Shown here: positions 41,321-57,306 of the stretch, piece after piece | Layout: each line of letters begins with the position of its first letter | Numbering within the stretch: the first letter of the stretch is position 1 | Assembly: GCF_009914755.1 (NCBI RefSeq) | Contig: NC_060947.1 | Origin: the human T2T-CHM13v2.0 reference genome, Homo sapiens | Direction: 5' to 3' (one strand) | Length of the DNA: 64,000 bases | Made by a program: the position numbers and the translations under genes | Notes under the pieces: model-generated | The model's database searches: none | What the model saw: only the letters and a program-made list of their open reading frames with translations | What the model was told of the DNA's origin: nothing

Positions 41321-42030
41321 TGTGAGGGAATTGTAGTCCCCACGGCAGTGGGACTTGTAATGCTGCTAAGAGATTCTATGGGAAGTTGAGATTCAGGGGA
41401 GACGATTATCCAGGCCGTGCTCAGAAGGGTTTGCTGACTTTGACCCGAGCCTGGCTACCCGGTGTGAATGAGGCAGTGGAATGAGGGTGAGGGGATTGCC
41501 ATGATCCAGGCAAAGCATGACATCGGGGAAGGATGGACAGCTTTGGGATGGCAGGCTGCCAACCTATAGACAAGGCCCAGGCACTGGGCTGGAGATTGAG
41601 GGCAGGTATCTCTCCCTGCAGGAGACTTTTGGAGCCCTGCCTTGTTCTCCAGGACTCCAGACTAAGGCACTGAGCAGGGCAAGAGTGAGACTAAGAGCCA
41701 GGGCATCAGAATAGAGATCCAGCTACAGGACCAATGGCATGAATTTTTAGTCTATTGTTGACAGTAGGGAGAAGTCCAGTTCCTAGCATTAGGGCATAGG
41801 GTTAGCAGGGCTGGCAGCAAAGACCGACCTGGTACCAAGTCCCCCAAATATTTAATAGGGTGCATTAAATGTCACCATGTCTAGGGGCTGCAGCACTGAT
41901 CCTAAACTTAGAGCTGGGGTGAGTCTGAGTGTGGGGACAGTGGTTTGCTGAGGGGGTTATTGGGGCAGAAAACAAAGCAGGTTGTTCCTTGCCTTTTGGA
42001 GGCAAAAGGGAGACCTGAACTCTATGACAG
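41321..42030. mobile_element. Possible ancient LTR (Gypsy-class MamGyp-like), unverified
   Basis: ~700-bp GC-richer block starting TG and ending CA; only a vague recalled resemblance; no TSD found. Confidence 0.2.
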
Positions 42031-42924
42031 AAATTCACACAGGTCTTGAGAAGAGTAAATAGTTCTATTTAAGAAAATAATTTATCTTTTCATCAGTCAT
42101 TTTACATATTTACATACAAATGTATAGTTACTGTTTATACCCAATAATTAAATTCTCTCATTAAAACCTAAGCTCCTTTCTTTGCATAGTGCATATTCTT
42201 CTCAGGGTTAGTATGCTAGGCTACGTGGCCACCTAGAATTAAATAGTCTTTTATTGCAGCCTATGGAATAATAAGTTTTGCCTAATATTAAAGGATTTTT
42301 CTAGCTCCTTCAAAAGCCTCTCAATTCACAAATTCAAGGTAAATCTGTTTTCTTTAGCATAAAGCTTTACTCTTTGTTAGGCTTTAATAGACCAATGTGA
42401 CCCTGAACTGCGGACTCTAAGTTTCCTTTATCTTTCTTATTGGGTGGGTTTGTTGTCATGGGGGCAGATGTGGATGCAGGGACAGAAGGAAGAGAGAGGA
42501 GGAGGGAAAGGAAGAAGTACTGTGGTTCCAATTTAAAAAAAATGATTATGTGCAATGAAAGAGTTTTTTGTTTGTTTGTTTGTTTGTTTGTTTGTTTTCC
42601 TCAGTTTATCCAGCCTATATCAGGGCAATAGTCCTGGTGAGCAGTATAAGACAGTTATGTGTGTGATCCTGGGATCTGATTTTTAACCCATCCACCCCTG
42701 AATGGAAGATGGCAAGGATAGGTGGGCTCTGGGGGTTTCTATATAGTCAGTAGCTGCCTCCACCCAGTTGTCATGTAATATGGCACAAAAAGAGCTTAGG
42801 CATCCTCTGGTAAAAGGAATCTTTTATGAAAATATGTTTATACAAGACAAGCAATAAAAACAAAACAAAACAAAGCAACAGAAAGTTTGAGATTTTAATG
42901 GCAACTTCTTGTAATAGGAAACAT

Positions 42925-43135
42925 TTAAGTATTAGAGTCAGGAGATTGAGTGCTGTCATGGTCATCCTAGTGCTGTCTTTTTCATGCTGTGCAACTTAGG
43001 GCAGGCCCAATAACTGCTCTGGGTCTTAATTTTTGTAGAATGCTGTGTGATAGCTGGCTCACTGAGAGGTTGATGTGATGACATGAGAAAAAGCCTAACA
43101 CAGCACCTGGCACATGGTAGGCACTCAGCAGTTGT
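42925..43135 (+). mobile_element. MIR
   Basis: taacacagcacctggcacatggtaggcactcag 3' end plus core. Confidence 0.75.
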
Positions 43136-43619
43136 TTTCCCCCTCTTTTGTAATGTGGGCATGCATTGAAGCTTCAGCCCTCAGACATTTCCCATTCTTT
43201 ACAGGGCTGTTGCAGGACCAGGTGGGATCTGAATTTAGAAAATGCATGTGCAGAGCCAGGTAGACAAAAGCCCCCTTTTCAGCTTCTGCTTCAAGATGAC
43301 CACGCTCCATATGGCTTCACCTGCTGCGCGGTGTCATAATTGCAATCAGAATGGATCTCATTAGGGTTACAATGGCCCAGGAAAATGAAGAGTGGTTACC
43401 ATAGCCCACTGCCTGGGCCTTCCAGCCGGGCAGTCCAAAAAGAAGCAGAGTCGAAAACGTTTTCTGTAATTACAGCACCCCACGGGGCACCCCAAGGATG
43501 TTGGGAGCTTAATAAATAGCCATTGAGAATTTTTCTTTCTGTCTGCCAAGTGTTTATTACAAATAAGTGGAGGTCTGATTTAATGGCAGCGTACATGCCC
43601 CCACCCCCACCTCCCTGAA

Positions 43620-43621
<2 letters not shown>

Positions 43622-43665
<44 letters not shown>
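43622..43665. repeat. (AC)22 microsatellite
   Basis: Directly visible. Confidence 0.97.
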
Positions 43666-43668
<3 letters not shown>

Positions 43669-45563
43669 TGGTGTAAAGGGGCCAGTGTGGAATGGAGTAG
43701 GGCACAGTAGCTGCATGCTTCCTGCATGAATGCACAAAAAGTTCTTAGCGAGTACTATTAGGTCTTTGCTAAATGATTAAAAAATAAACCCAACTACACT
43801 CTGTATGTGAATAGATTACAAATGGACGATTTCTCAGTTTGGGGGTAGGTGGAATGGGAGCAGGTATAATACTTTACTTTGGGGAAATGTTCTAACGGTC
43901 AAATCATTTGGAGAGGACAAAACGGATGTGGATCACTTTACTATTCACTGACCAGTGGTTTGGCCCTGGTGTCATTTGCCTTCATGTCAGTCCTGTTTGT
44001 TTTCTGAGCAATGTATCTGCAATCCCGGTATCTGCAACTAAGTAAAAGTGATGACTTTTGATTAGGGGCTGTGGATTTTTCCTAAGCAGGAGCTAAAGAG
44101 AAGGAATCCAGTAAATGATTTAATCAGGCCCAGCTTTTTTGGGAAAAGCAACATCTAACTGTCAAAGCGATAGCACAAGCATGATTTAAACAAGAGTTAA
44201 TAATGTGCCTGTTTAGTGGAAAGAGTCTGTTTCTATAGTCTGTTTAACCATGTATCCATGTATGTATTGATATTTCAATCTATTGATTTATTGAAATTAA
44301 TTATATGTTTGAACTGTGTCTGTTTAAAATTTTGCCTTGTGTAATGGGTGTTCCTTACCAGGATTAGGTAGAAAATGTCGTTTGCTCACTGTGAACTTTC
44401 TGAACTTTTTATTGGAGGTTGAAATATTGTGCTGCTGTGGTCAGCTCTTGTTCAGGTTCCATTTGGGGTATTAATTGCTGCTTCAACGTTAGAAGCCCTT
44501 ATGGTAACTCTCTCTGCTTTGCTTTACTTTTCAGAGAAAGGGCTTTAATTTGCTTGCTCAGCCTCTTCCTTTTATTCTAAACACCGCCTGTGCCTGCCGC
44601 GTCCTCCTCTTGTGTTTCATTTTTGTTCCCAGAAGAGATGGCTTTGTATTTCTCTATGGGTAGTGAGTATCCTGGATGGGTCCACTTGCATGCAGAGCTC
44701 TGGAATTCTGTGATGTGGAGGCAGGTCCCTCAGGTCTTTTTTTTTTTAATGGAAGGCCACTAAGATGAAGAACTCTACTTGTCTCTGTGCACAAAGGAAG
44801 GTTGGGAGATGAAGGTGGTACCTCAGAAAGAGTCAAATTCTGAGATGAGAGAGAAAGAAGGGTCCCAGAGCCAATTTGATGCCTTGGTAAAGTGTTGTCT
44901 GTACAGATGGCATAAACTACGGGGAGGCACAGCAAGGTAGACACCCTTAGCCCAGCTATGTGATGTCAATTTCTCCTTGACATATGGAGCTATCCACCTG
45001 AAGAGGCTTTAGAGAGGCTATGGCCACTTCTGGGCCAAACATCCTAAATGATGTCATTCTGAGAAGGAAAAAGCCTGCTTCCACATGGAGCAAGAATTGA
45101 GAGAACTCTGAGTAATAGGAACAGAATCAGAGTCTATAATGGTTGTTGTGATGGGAATGATGGGAATGGAAGCAGTGTTTGCAGCACTGTTATAAGGTAG
45201 ATCACTGGTGGTCTTAAGCCTGAGCTAAAAACAGTTATATATTACAGAGGGAAGAATTTAAAAAGGAAAGGCAGTGCAGTAGAAGAGTAGATCTGGGGCC
45301 ATGATGGGAGCCCACTTTTAACAAAATTTTATTAGGCACCATTGTGTGCCAAGCATTGTGTTCGGTTCTGTTCCATCAAATCTTGAGGCATATTATGTCT
45401 GGTTCATTTCAGAAATGCTAAGATTAATCAGTTGATTCAGATAGTAACAGCTGAATCCATCCATTATAAAGTCCCCCAATAATCAATTACCTAATGATTT
45501 GAACAGCCAGAAATAGTCTTTGCCCAGGAGTGGGCTAACTCTTTCCTTTGAAAGTCAATTTCT

Positions 45564-46900
<1,337 letters not shown>

Positions 46901-48569
46901 TGCTTAGCTCATTTTAAAAACCTTGTTTTCTGATACATGTATTTAAAGCTATAAATTTTTGTCTGTGTTCCACACAAATTTTTGATATGTGGATATTTAA
47001 ATTTCCCTTGAGTTTAAAAAATTTTATGATTTTTAAATGATTTACCTTTTAGCCCAAGGGTTTGATAGTAATATGTTATTTACCTTCCAAACATATGAGA
47101 GTATTTTTTCTTTCTCATATTTCTCAAATTCATTTTCTAATGTATTTGAGACATTCTTAGTGAGCTGCATGATTTTATCTTTCTGGAACTAGCAAGTTGC
47201 ACTTCTTGAATAGGCAGACCATAAGAAAAGGTTGGATTAAGGTATAGTGATCTTATGTTGTTTGGTCAGGTAACCCGAGCTGAAAAGATTTAGCACTTAA
47301 AAGGTAAGATCTTGATTAGTTAGAGGTAAACCTGAATTGAATTCCTGTGTCTTTACCACGTGATGTCGCCAAGGAAGAATAGTGGTAATCCCTCATATGT
47401 ACTCTTTACCTCGTTGTTGACAAAAACCCTCTTCATAACCTCTGTTTACTTTGATCTTCACAACAGCCTGGTGAGGTAGAGAGAAAAGTCATTTAACCTC
47501 TGTGACTTCATCTGTCAGACAGCATTACAAATACTTCCAGACCACTGTGGATTGTTGTGAGGATTAATTAATTAGAGCCAATAATCTGTTCTCTCACTTC
47601 CTCAGGGGGCTATGGCCCTGTAGTGAGATAATGGATATGAAAATACAAAGGCACACAGCTATCTGAGCAGTTGTTTTGGTAGTTGAAACAGTCTCTTGTT
47701 TCCACTCTAGGTTCCTCCTTGTGTAAGGAACATTTAGGAGAGGCTGGAAAAAGATACCATGAGTGAGCACCTGGCCTATGGCAAGTGCCTGATATATGGT
47801 CATTGATTGGTTAAATACCAAGGGACCTAACTGGCATGAGGGCAGTCTTCATGGATGTGAAGAGACCCAGTTGTGCAGGGTCTCCACTCTAAGAAGGGCC
47901 CCAAACTTAGTTTAATTCTCTACTGTTGCAATCTTGAAATTCACGAAAATTTTATTTTTGATCTTGTGTTCTATAAGTGAAGTGTGATGAAACAATGAAG
48001 CATGTGCATGAATAGTGGAGATATAGCAGGTGGTAGTGTGCACACTTGAAGGCTTAGGTTCGTAGGCATGGAAGGCCAAACAGGCATCGAGCAATTGGTC
48101 TGGCATGCACAAACAGGCCTTTGGTACAGTCTGGGGTACATGGGGCCCTAAGGTAGCCAAGCTGGGACCTGGGCCCAGAAGGATGCTGTCAATGGTGGTG
48201 GCAGCAATAGCAGAAGCAGCAGCTCTGGTAGCAGCAGGAGCTGTAGCCACAGGAACAAGGATTCCCTGTGGTGGAAGCACTGGGACTGGTGACAGGAGAT
48301 GGACTTGCCTGTCTCTTAAGCCAGACCCTATGGAATCTACACAAATATTAACTCTCCATTCTGAGTACAAGGACAAGAACAACTTGCATTCAGGCATTAA
48401 ACTGTCTCAGTAAGTTATGACAAAACAAGAGTGTACACATGGAGATTGTAATAATGCATATTAAGGAATTATTATAATTAGTCAGTTTATAATCTCACGT
48501 TGTGTAAATGGCTGCAACATTGCAAAGCAAATAGGCTTATAAATACAAATTAAATTTAAAGATCATCCA

Positions 48570-50276
48570 TGGAACAAGACAAAGATGCCCACTTACACCA
48601 CTTTTATTCAAATAATACTGCAAGTCCTGGCCAGAACAATTAGGCAAGGGAAAGAAATACAGGGCATCCAAATTGGAAAGGAGAAAATTAAATTAGCCTG
48701 GTTCATAGACAACACGATCTTATACTTGGAAAAAACTAAAAACTCCACCAAAAAACTGTTAGAACTGGTAAATGAATTCAGTAAAGTTGCAGGATACAAA
48801 TTCAACACACAAAAACTAGTAGCGTTTATATAGGCCAACAGTGCACAATCTGAAAGGGAAATCAAGAAGTCAATCTCATTTACAATAGCTACAAAGAATA
48901 TAAAATAACTAGGAATCAACTTAACTAAAGAAGTGAAAAAACTCTACAAGGAAATCTATAAAACACTAATAAAAGAAATTGAAGAGGACACAAACAAATA
49001 GAAAGACATTCCATGCTCATGGAGCAAAAGAATTAATACCTTTAAAATGACCATACTGCCCAAAGTAATGTACAGATTCAATGTAATCTCTATCAAAATA
49101 CCAATTACATTCTTCACTGAAATAGAAAAAAAAATCCTAAAATTTATATGGAACTGCAAAAGACCTCAAATAACCAAAGCAATCCTGGGCGAAAAGAGCA
49201 AAGTTGGAGTCATCACACTACATGACTTTGAAATATACTACAAAGCTGTAATAACCAAATCAGCGTGGTAGTGTCATAAAGTCAAATACATAAACTTATG
49301 GAACAGAATAGTGAGCCTACATATAAATCTAAACGTTTACAGCCAACCCATTTTCGACAAAGGCACCAAGAACATACAATGGGGGAAAGGAGTATCTTTA
49401 AAAGGATGGTGCTGGAAAGCTATACAACCATATGCAGAAGAATAAAACTGACCCCACCTCTCACCATATACAAAAATCAAATCAAAGTGGATTAAAGACT
49501 TAAATCTAAATTGCAAACTATGAAACTACTAGAAGAAAACATTGGGGAAATGCTCTAGGATATTGCTCTAGGCAAATTTTTTTTGTGTGTAAGACCTCAA
49601 AAGTCCAGGCAACAAAAGCAAAAGTAGATAAATGGGATCACATCAAGCTAAAAAGTTTCTGCACAGCGAAGAAAACAGTCAACACAGTGAAGAAACAACC
49701 CACAGAAAGGGAGAAAATGTTTGCAAATTATCCATCTGGCAAGAGATTAATAACTAAAATATGTAAAGAGCTCATACAACTCAATAACCAAAAAACAAAT
49801 AATCTGATTTAAAAATTGGCAAAAGATATGAATATATATTATTGAAAAGAAGACATACAAATGGCCAACAGGTATATGAAAAAATGCTCAACATTACTAA
49901 TCATCAGAGAAATGCAAATCAAAAGTACAATAAGATATAATTTCATCCCAGTTAAAATGGGTTTTATCAAAAAGTCAGGGAATAATGAATACTGGAGAGG
50001 ATATGGAGAAAGGGGAGCTCTCACACACTGTTAGTGAGAGTGTAAAGTAGTACAACCACTATGGAGAACAGTTTGGAGATTCCTCAAAAAACTAAAAATA
50101 GAACTACCATATGATCTAGCAATTCCACTACTGGATATTTATCCAAAAGAAAGGAAATCAATATATCAAAGAGACATCTGTACTCCCATATTCATTGCAG
50201 CATTAGTCACAATAGCCAATATTTGGAATCAACCTAAGTTCCCATCAGTGGATGAATAAAGACAATGTGAGATATA

Positions 50277-50320
<44 letters not shown>

Positions 50321-50790
50321 GGAATACTATTCATCCATAAAAAGGAGGAAATCCTGTCATCTATGCTACTGCATGGATGGAACTGGAGGCCATTATGTTA
50401 AGTGAAATAAGCCAAGCACAGAAAGATAAATATTGCATGTTCTGACTCATATGTGGGAGCTACAAAAGTGGATCTCATGAAGATAGAGATTAAATTCCTG
50501 GATACCAAAAGCTCAGAAGGGTAGTGGGGTGGGGAGGATGAAGAGAGGTTGATTAATGGGTACAAACACACAGATGAAAGTGTAAGACTCAGTGTTCAAT
50601 AGATCAGTAGGGTGACTATAGTTTACTATAATCTATTGTACATTTCAAAATTGCTAGGAGAGAATAATTTGAATATTTCCAGTATGAAGAAAAAGCAAAT
50701 ATTTAAGGTGATAGATATCCCAATTGCAGTGATTTGATCTTTACAAATTATATGAATGTATTAAATTATCACACACACCTTCCAAAAATT
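48570..50790 (+). mobile_element. 5'-truncated L1MA (L1MA5/6-like): decayed ORF2 RT/C-term plus 3' UTR
   Basis: ORF fragments [48 protein letters not shown]; MA-type 3' UTR. Confidence 0.95.
50279..50318. repeat. (CA)20 microsatellite inside L1
   Basis: Directly visible. Confidence 0.95.
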
Positions 50791-51475
50791 CTATTCAACA
50801 GAAAAGAACAGTGTTTTTATGTGAACTTCGAATGAACCAATTACTGAGGAAGACAATTTTAAAATTAATTTTCCTTATAATTTAATATACAGTAATAAAA
50901 TGTATAAAAAGGTGTTTTGAATTATATGCAAATCATGATACCAGTTTTGGTTTATTATACAACCACCACCAAAAATTACAGGAAATGTCAGAGGAAACAT
51001 TAAAATGGTATTGTATAAATGTACATTTAAAATTAAATTCTGACTTACATATAACTGAGCTGTATGAAGAATTAAACCTTTTGAGAAAAAATGTTCCATG
51101 AGAATCATCAACTCTAGATGTTTTGAAATTTATATATTTATCACTGTTTACACAGGACATAAAAATCCTCTCATCAGCTCCATTAACAGTGGTATAAGCA
51201 GGAAGGTCCTTCTCTAAATTTGAAATTATCAATAATTATTTGTCATCATGCGTTGCCAAGAAAGACTGTTGGTACTTCCAATTATACTGATTTAAAATGA
51301 AGTTGCTAAAAGTATAAATTTTGATGATCTAATAAATAAGTTGGTAAAACAGTGAGCCAGAAAAAAATCTTATGATCAATCATCACATTAATAAAGTATT
51401 AATATTTTTTGTGTTTTATAAAATTATGACACCAAAAGTATTGTTTGCAATTTGTAAATTTATGCCACTAATCAT

Positions 51476-51822
51476 TGTGATAGATAGAATAATTCCTTCT
51501 TTCCCCAGAGATGTTCATGTCGGGATTCTCAGAAACTGTGTATATGTTACCCTGCATGGTAAAAAGGACTCTGTAGTTGTGATTGTGGATCGTGAGATGG
51601 GGAGAGTATCCTGGCTTATGCAGGTGGCCACAATATAATCACAGAGGTCCTTATAAGGGAAAGAGGGAGGTAGGAGAATCAGAGAAGCAGATGTAATGAA
51701 GCAAGAAGTGATGTGAGGAGGGGAGAGGCAAGGGAGAGAGACCCAATGCCTCTAGTTGAGAAGACAAATAAATGAATTTTCCCCAAGGGCTCCAGAAGGA
51801 GTGCAGTCCTGCTGATATGATC
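51476..51822 (+). mobile_element. MLT1 (MLT1D-like) MaLR LTR, 3'-truncated
   Basis: tgtgatagatagaataat...tatgttaccctgcatggtaaaaaggact...gagatggggagagtatcctgg. Confidence 0.85.
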
Positions 51823-51837
51823 CTAGGCCAAAATCCT

Positions 51838-52177
51838 ATAGCTGTACTGTTCAATGTGGTGGCCACCAGCCAGAAGTGGGTATTGAGCTTGTTGATGTGG
51901 CTGGTCCAAACTGCAATGCTTTAACTGTAAACTAAAATGCATGCCAGATTTTAGTGACTTAGTGAAAAAAAAGAAAAAGAAAAAAAAAAAAGAAAAGACA
52001 AAGGAAAGAATATGAAACATCTTACTAATAGTTTGAAGTTATAATATTTTTGGTATATTGGGTTAAACAAAAATCTTAAAATTAAGTTCCCCTGTTTCTC
52101 TTTAAGTTTTTAATGTGACTACTAGAAAATTTAAAATTGCATATGTGGCTTACATTGCTTCTACTGGACAATGCAGC
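51838..52177. mobile_element. MER33-like hAT-Charlie
   Basis: ctgttcaatgtggtggccaccagcca...tttttaatgtgactactagaaaatttaaaatt...ggacaatgc. Confidence 0.8.
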
Positions 52178-52222
52178 CCTGGAGAATACTTACATTTAAG
52201 TGGGCAGATTCAGAAATATTTA

Positions 52223-52631
<409 letters not shown>

Positions 52632-54539
52632 TCATCTCTTATGCATATTTAGATACTTTTACATAATTGAATCGTGTACTAAATACTGTTTTTTTATGTG
52701 AACACTGCATTTATGCCTTTTCCTTCCTACTCCCTGCTACCTTTTCTAATAATCAGAGTTTCGTCTGGTGAGTATCCCTTACTTTTCTTATGTTCATACA
52801 ATCTCACACCTCCCTATACTTTTTTTACATATTACCTACATATAAAGAGTTTTCTTTTTTGCCCCTTTTGGCCATTTTCTGATACACAGCTATGGGATTT
52901 TTTTCTTGTATTGATATATAATATTTTACATTTTAATGGGGTATATGTCAGTGTTTGTTACATGCATAGAATGTGTAATGATCAAGTTAGGGTACTTAGG
53001 GCATCCTACATGTTTATCATTTCTGTGTGTTGGATACACTTAAGTTCTCTCTTCTAGTTACTTTGAAATATACAAAATACTGTTGGTAAGTATAGTCATC
53101 CTACTCTGCTATCAAACATTAGAACTTATTTCTTCTATCTAACTGTATGTTTGCACCATTAACCAACTTCTCTTCATCCTTCCCCCTACCACCTACCCAC
53201 CCTTCCCAGTCTTTGGTATCTATCATTCTATTCTCCATGCCTATGAGATCAAGTTGTTTTTTTTTTTCTTTTTTTAGCTCCCACATGAATGTGAATATAT
53301 GATATTTGTTTTTCTATACCTGGCTTATTTCGCTTAGCATATGACCTTCAGTTCCATCCATGTTTCTGTAAGTGACAGGATTTCATTTTTATTTATACCC
53401 AAATAATATTCCATGATGTATTAACATTACATTTTCCGTATTCATCTGTTGATAGATACTTAGATGCATCTTTGCTATTGCGAGTAGTGCTGGGATAAAC
53501 ATGCTAATGCAAATATTCCTTTGATCAACCGATTTCTTTTCCTTTGGTTAAATACCCAGTAGTGAGATTGCCGGATTGTATGGTCGTTCGATTTTAGTTT
53601 TTTGAGAAATCTTCATAGTGTTTTCCATAATGGCTGTACTAATTTACATTGCAACCAACAGGGTATGAGTTCCCTTTTCTCCACATCCTCACTAGCATCT
53701 ATTTTTTTTTCTTTTTAATAATAGTCATTTTAACTGAGGGAGATAATATCTCATTGTGGTTTTGATTTGCATTTCCCTGATGATTAGTGATGTTGAGTAT
53801 TTTTTCATGTATATTTGGCCATTTGTATGCCTTTTTTTGAGAAATGTCTATTCATGTCCTTTACCCACTTTGAATGGGATTATTTGGTGTTTTACTGTTC
53901 AGTTGAGTTCCTTGTATATTCTGGATATTAGTACCCTGTTGGATGAGTAGTTTGCAAATATTTTCTCTCATTCAAGAGGTTGTCTCTTCATTCTATTGAC
54001 TGTTTCTTTTGCTATGCAGAAGCCTTTTAGTTTAATATTGTCCCATTTGATTACTTTTGGTTTTGTTGTCTATGGTTTTGAAGTCTTAGCCATATAATCT
54101 TTACCTAGACCAATGTCTTGCATAATTTTTTTAGGTTTCCTTCTAGTAGTTTTAAAATTTTGGGTCTTACGTTTAAGTATTCAATTCATCTTGAGTTGGC
54201 TTTAATATATGGTGAGAGATAGGGGTCCAGTTTCATTCTTCTGCATATAATTATTGAGTTTTTCCAGCACCATTTATTGAAGAGGGTGTCTTTTCCTCAA
54301 TGTGTATTCCTGGCAGCTTTGTCAAAGATCAGTTGGCTGTAAATATGTGGATTTATTTCTGGGTTCTATGTTCTGTTCCACTGGTCTATGTATCTATTTT
54401 TTATACTAAATCATGCTGTCTTGGTTACTATAGCCTTGTAATGTGTTTTGTAGTTAGGTGGTGTGATGCCTCCAGCTTTGTTCTTTTGATCAGGATTGCT
54501 TTGGCTATTCTGGCTTTTTTGGTTCAATATGAATGTTAG

Positions 54540-55243
54540 TGTTACAGGCCTGCCAATGCACCACAATGTAGCCATCTCTCATTGTTTGAGGTATCACCCA
54601 GAGTTCTTTGTCTCATGACCAAGAAAATTAAGAAGCATGGACACAAAGGGTGAGGTTGGAGCAAAAGTTTAATAAGCAAAAGAAGAAAGCTCTCTGCTAC
54701 AGAGAGGGGGCCCAAAAGAGAGTAGCCCACTATGAGGCAGAGTCCAGGGTTTTTATGGACTAGAAAGGGGAAGAATGTGCTGACTGGTCTGCAGGCCATT
54801 CTAGAGAAAGCACCACTTAGAAAGAGGTATGATAGTGTCAAGAACCAATTGGAAGCAGAGGTGAATGCTTGGCCTGGGACCAATCATGGGCTGAAGTGAT
54901 GGCTTGGCCCAGGACCTTGGCCTGGGACAAACTGGGGACTGAAGTGATGATTCACCCTATGTAAATGAAGACTTAGCCTGCAGCTAATTATAGAAAGGTA
55001 GGCATATATAAAATAGGTGAAAAGTAAGATACTAAGGCATGCCAGGGAGAGAGAAATGTGTCCAAAAAGGGGTGGAATTTGTTCATCTGGGTTCACAGAG
55101 TAAGAGTTTCCATTTAAGGATGTGGGCTCTTTCTTATCTGGGGCCTACAGTTTGATTTTCAGGCTGTTCTTTGTTTGAAGCAGTTTTACCAAGGACCCAC
55201 CCTAACTGCCTGCTTGACCAGCTTCTTACTTTCTCCTCTTTCA
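54540..55243 (-). mobile_element. ERV1 solo LTR (MER50-like), 704 bp
   Basis: TG...CA ends, 4-bp TSD ttag (54536-54539 / 55244-55247), minus-strand ATTAAA near 54668. Confidence 0.9.
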
Positions 55244-55553
55244 TTAGGATTGCTTTTTACTATTTCTGTGAAAAATGACATCGATATTTTGATAGGGATT
55301 GCATTGAATCTGTAATTACTTTGGAAAGTATGGCCATTTCAACAATATTAATTCTGCCAGTCCATGAGCGTGGAATGTCTTTCCATTTGTGTCCTCTTCA
55401 GTTTCTTTCAGCAGTGTTTGTAGTTTCCCTTATAGAGACTCTTCATTTCTTTGGTCAAATTTATTCCTAGATATTTTATTATATTTTTGTTGCTATTGTA
55501 AATGGGATTGTCTTCTTGATTTTATTTTTGGCTATTTCATTATTGGTGTATAG

Positions 55554-55999
<446 letters not shown>

Positions 56000-56219
56000 T
56001 TGATTTCCTCTTTTAAAATTTAGATGCCTTTTATTTCTTTCTCTTCTGATTGCCCTGGCTAGGACTTCCAGTACTGTGTTGAAAAGGAATGGTGAAAATG
56101 GGCATTCTTGTCTCGTTCCAGTTCTTAGGTGAAAGGCTTTCAACTATTCCCCATTCAGTATGATCTTAGCTGTTGAGTTGTCGTATATAGCCTTCATTAA
56201 TTTGAGGTATGTTCCTTCT

Positions 56220-56343
56220 ATGCTTAGTTTGTTGAGTGTTTTTATCATGAAGATGTATTGAATTTTACCAAATACTTTTTCATGCTTAGTTTGTTGAGTG
56301 TTTTTATCATGAAGATGTATTGAATTTTACCAAATACTTTTTC
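56220..56343. repeat. Perfect 62-bp tandem duplication inside L1MA
   Basis: 56220-56281 identical to 56282-56343. Confidence 0.97.
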
Positions 56344-57306
56344 TGCATCTATTGAGGTTATCATATGGTTTTTGTCCTTCATTCTGTAGATGTGATGTAT
56401 CATGTTTATTGATTTACATATATTGAGCCATCCTCGCATCTCTGGTATAAATCCTACTTGATCATGGTGTATTATTATTATTTTTGATGTGCTAGTGGAT
56501 TTGGTTTGCCTGTATTTTGTTAGGAATTTTTGCTAGGTTTATCAATTATGTTGTCATATGGTTTTCTTTTTTATTGTATCCTTGGCTGGTGTTCTTATTG
56601 GTTTAATACTGGCTTCAAAGAATGAGTTAGAGAACATTTTCTCCTCTTCAATTTTTTGGAATAATTTGAGGAGAATTGGTATTAGCTTTTCTTTATACAT
56701 TTGGAAAAATTCAGCAGTGAATCCATCTGGTCCTGGGCTTTTCTTTGTTGAGAGATTTTTTTTTTACTTATTCAATTTTGTTTGTCATTATTGGTCTGTT
56801 TAGGTTTTCTATTTCTTTTTTATTCAATCTTGGTACATTGTATGTTTCCAGGTATTTATCCATTCCTCTAGATTTTTCACTTTGTTAGTGTGCTATTATT
56901 CATGATAGTCTCCGATGATCTTTTGTATTTCTGTAGTATCACTTGTACTGTCTCCTTTATCATTTCTGATTTTGTTTATTTGGGTCTTCTCTCTTCTTTT
57001 CTTGGTTAGTCCAGCTAGTGGTTTATCAATTTTGTTTATCTTTTCAAAGAACCAAGGCCTTTTGTTGCATTGATCCTTCCTAATTTTTTTTTTTTTAGAC
57101 TCTATTTTGTTCAGTTCTGCTGTGATCTGTGTTATTTCATCTGCTACTTTTGGGTTTGGTTTGTTCTTTACTAGTTCCTGGAGGTACATTGGTAGATTGT
57201 TTATTTGAAATATTTGTTTTTTTTTTTTATGTAGGCAGATAATGTTTTATATATACTTTTCATATACTGGTGCTTTTAATTCTGTGAGATAAAATCGTAG
57301 GAGTGG

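Larger units (their letters stand above)
48388..51370 (+). pseudogene. Fossil hAT transposase (48388-48568 + 50793-51370)
   Basis: Manual translation: QALNCLSKL*QNKSVHMEI...CNIAKQIGL*IQIKFKDH | IQQKRT...LYEELNLLRK...APLTVV*AGRSFSKFEIINNYL/CQERL...NEVAKSINFDDLINK...ARKK, matching the hAT C-terminal dimerisation motif (ERSFSxLK..K..LRS.M.QERL). Confidence 0.85.
47838..51475 (+). mobile_element. Zaphod-like hAT-Tip100 DNA transposon relic, split by L1MA
   Basis: 5' end homologous to the MER91A copy at 39579; decayed transposase on both sides of the L1. Confidence 0.8.

Noticed and set aside
47912-48413. Ala-rich 161-aa and 102-aa ORFs
   Set aside because: Lie in the GC-rich subterminal part of the Zaphod-like transposon
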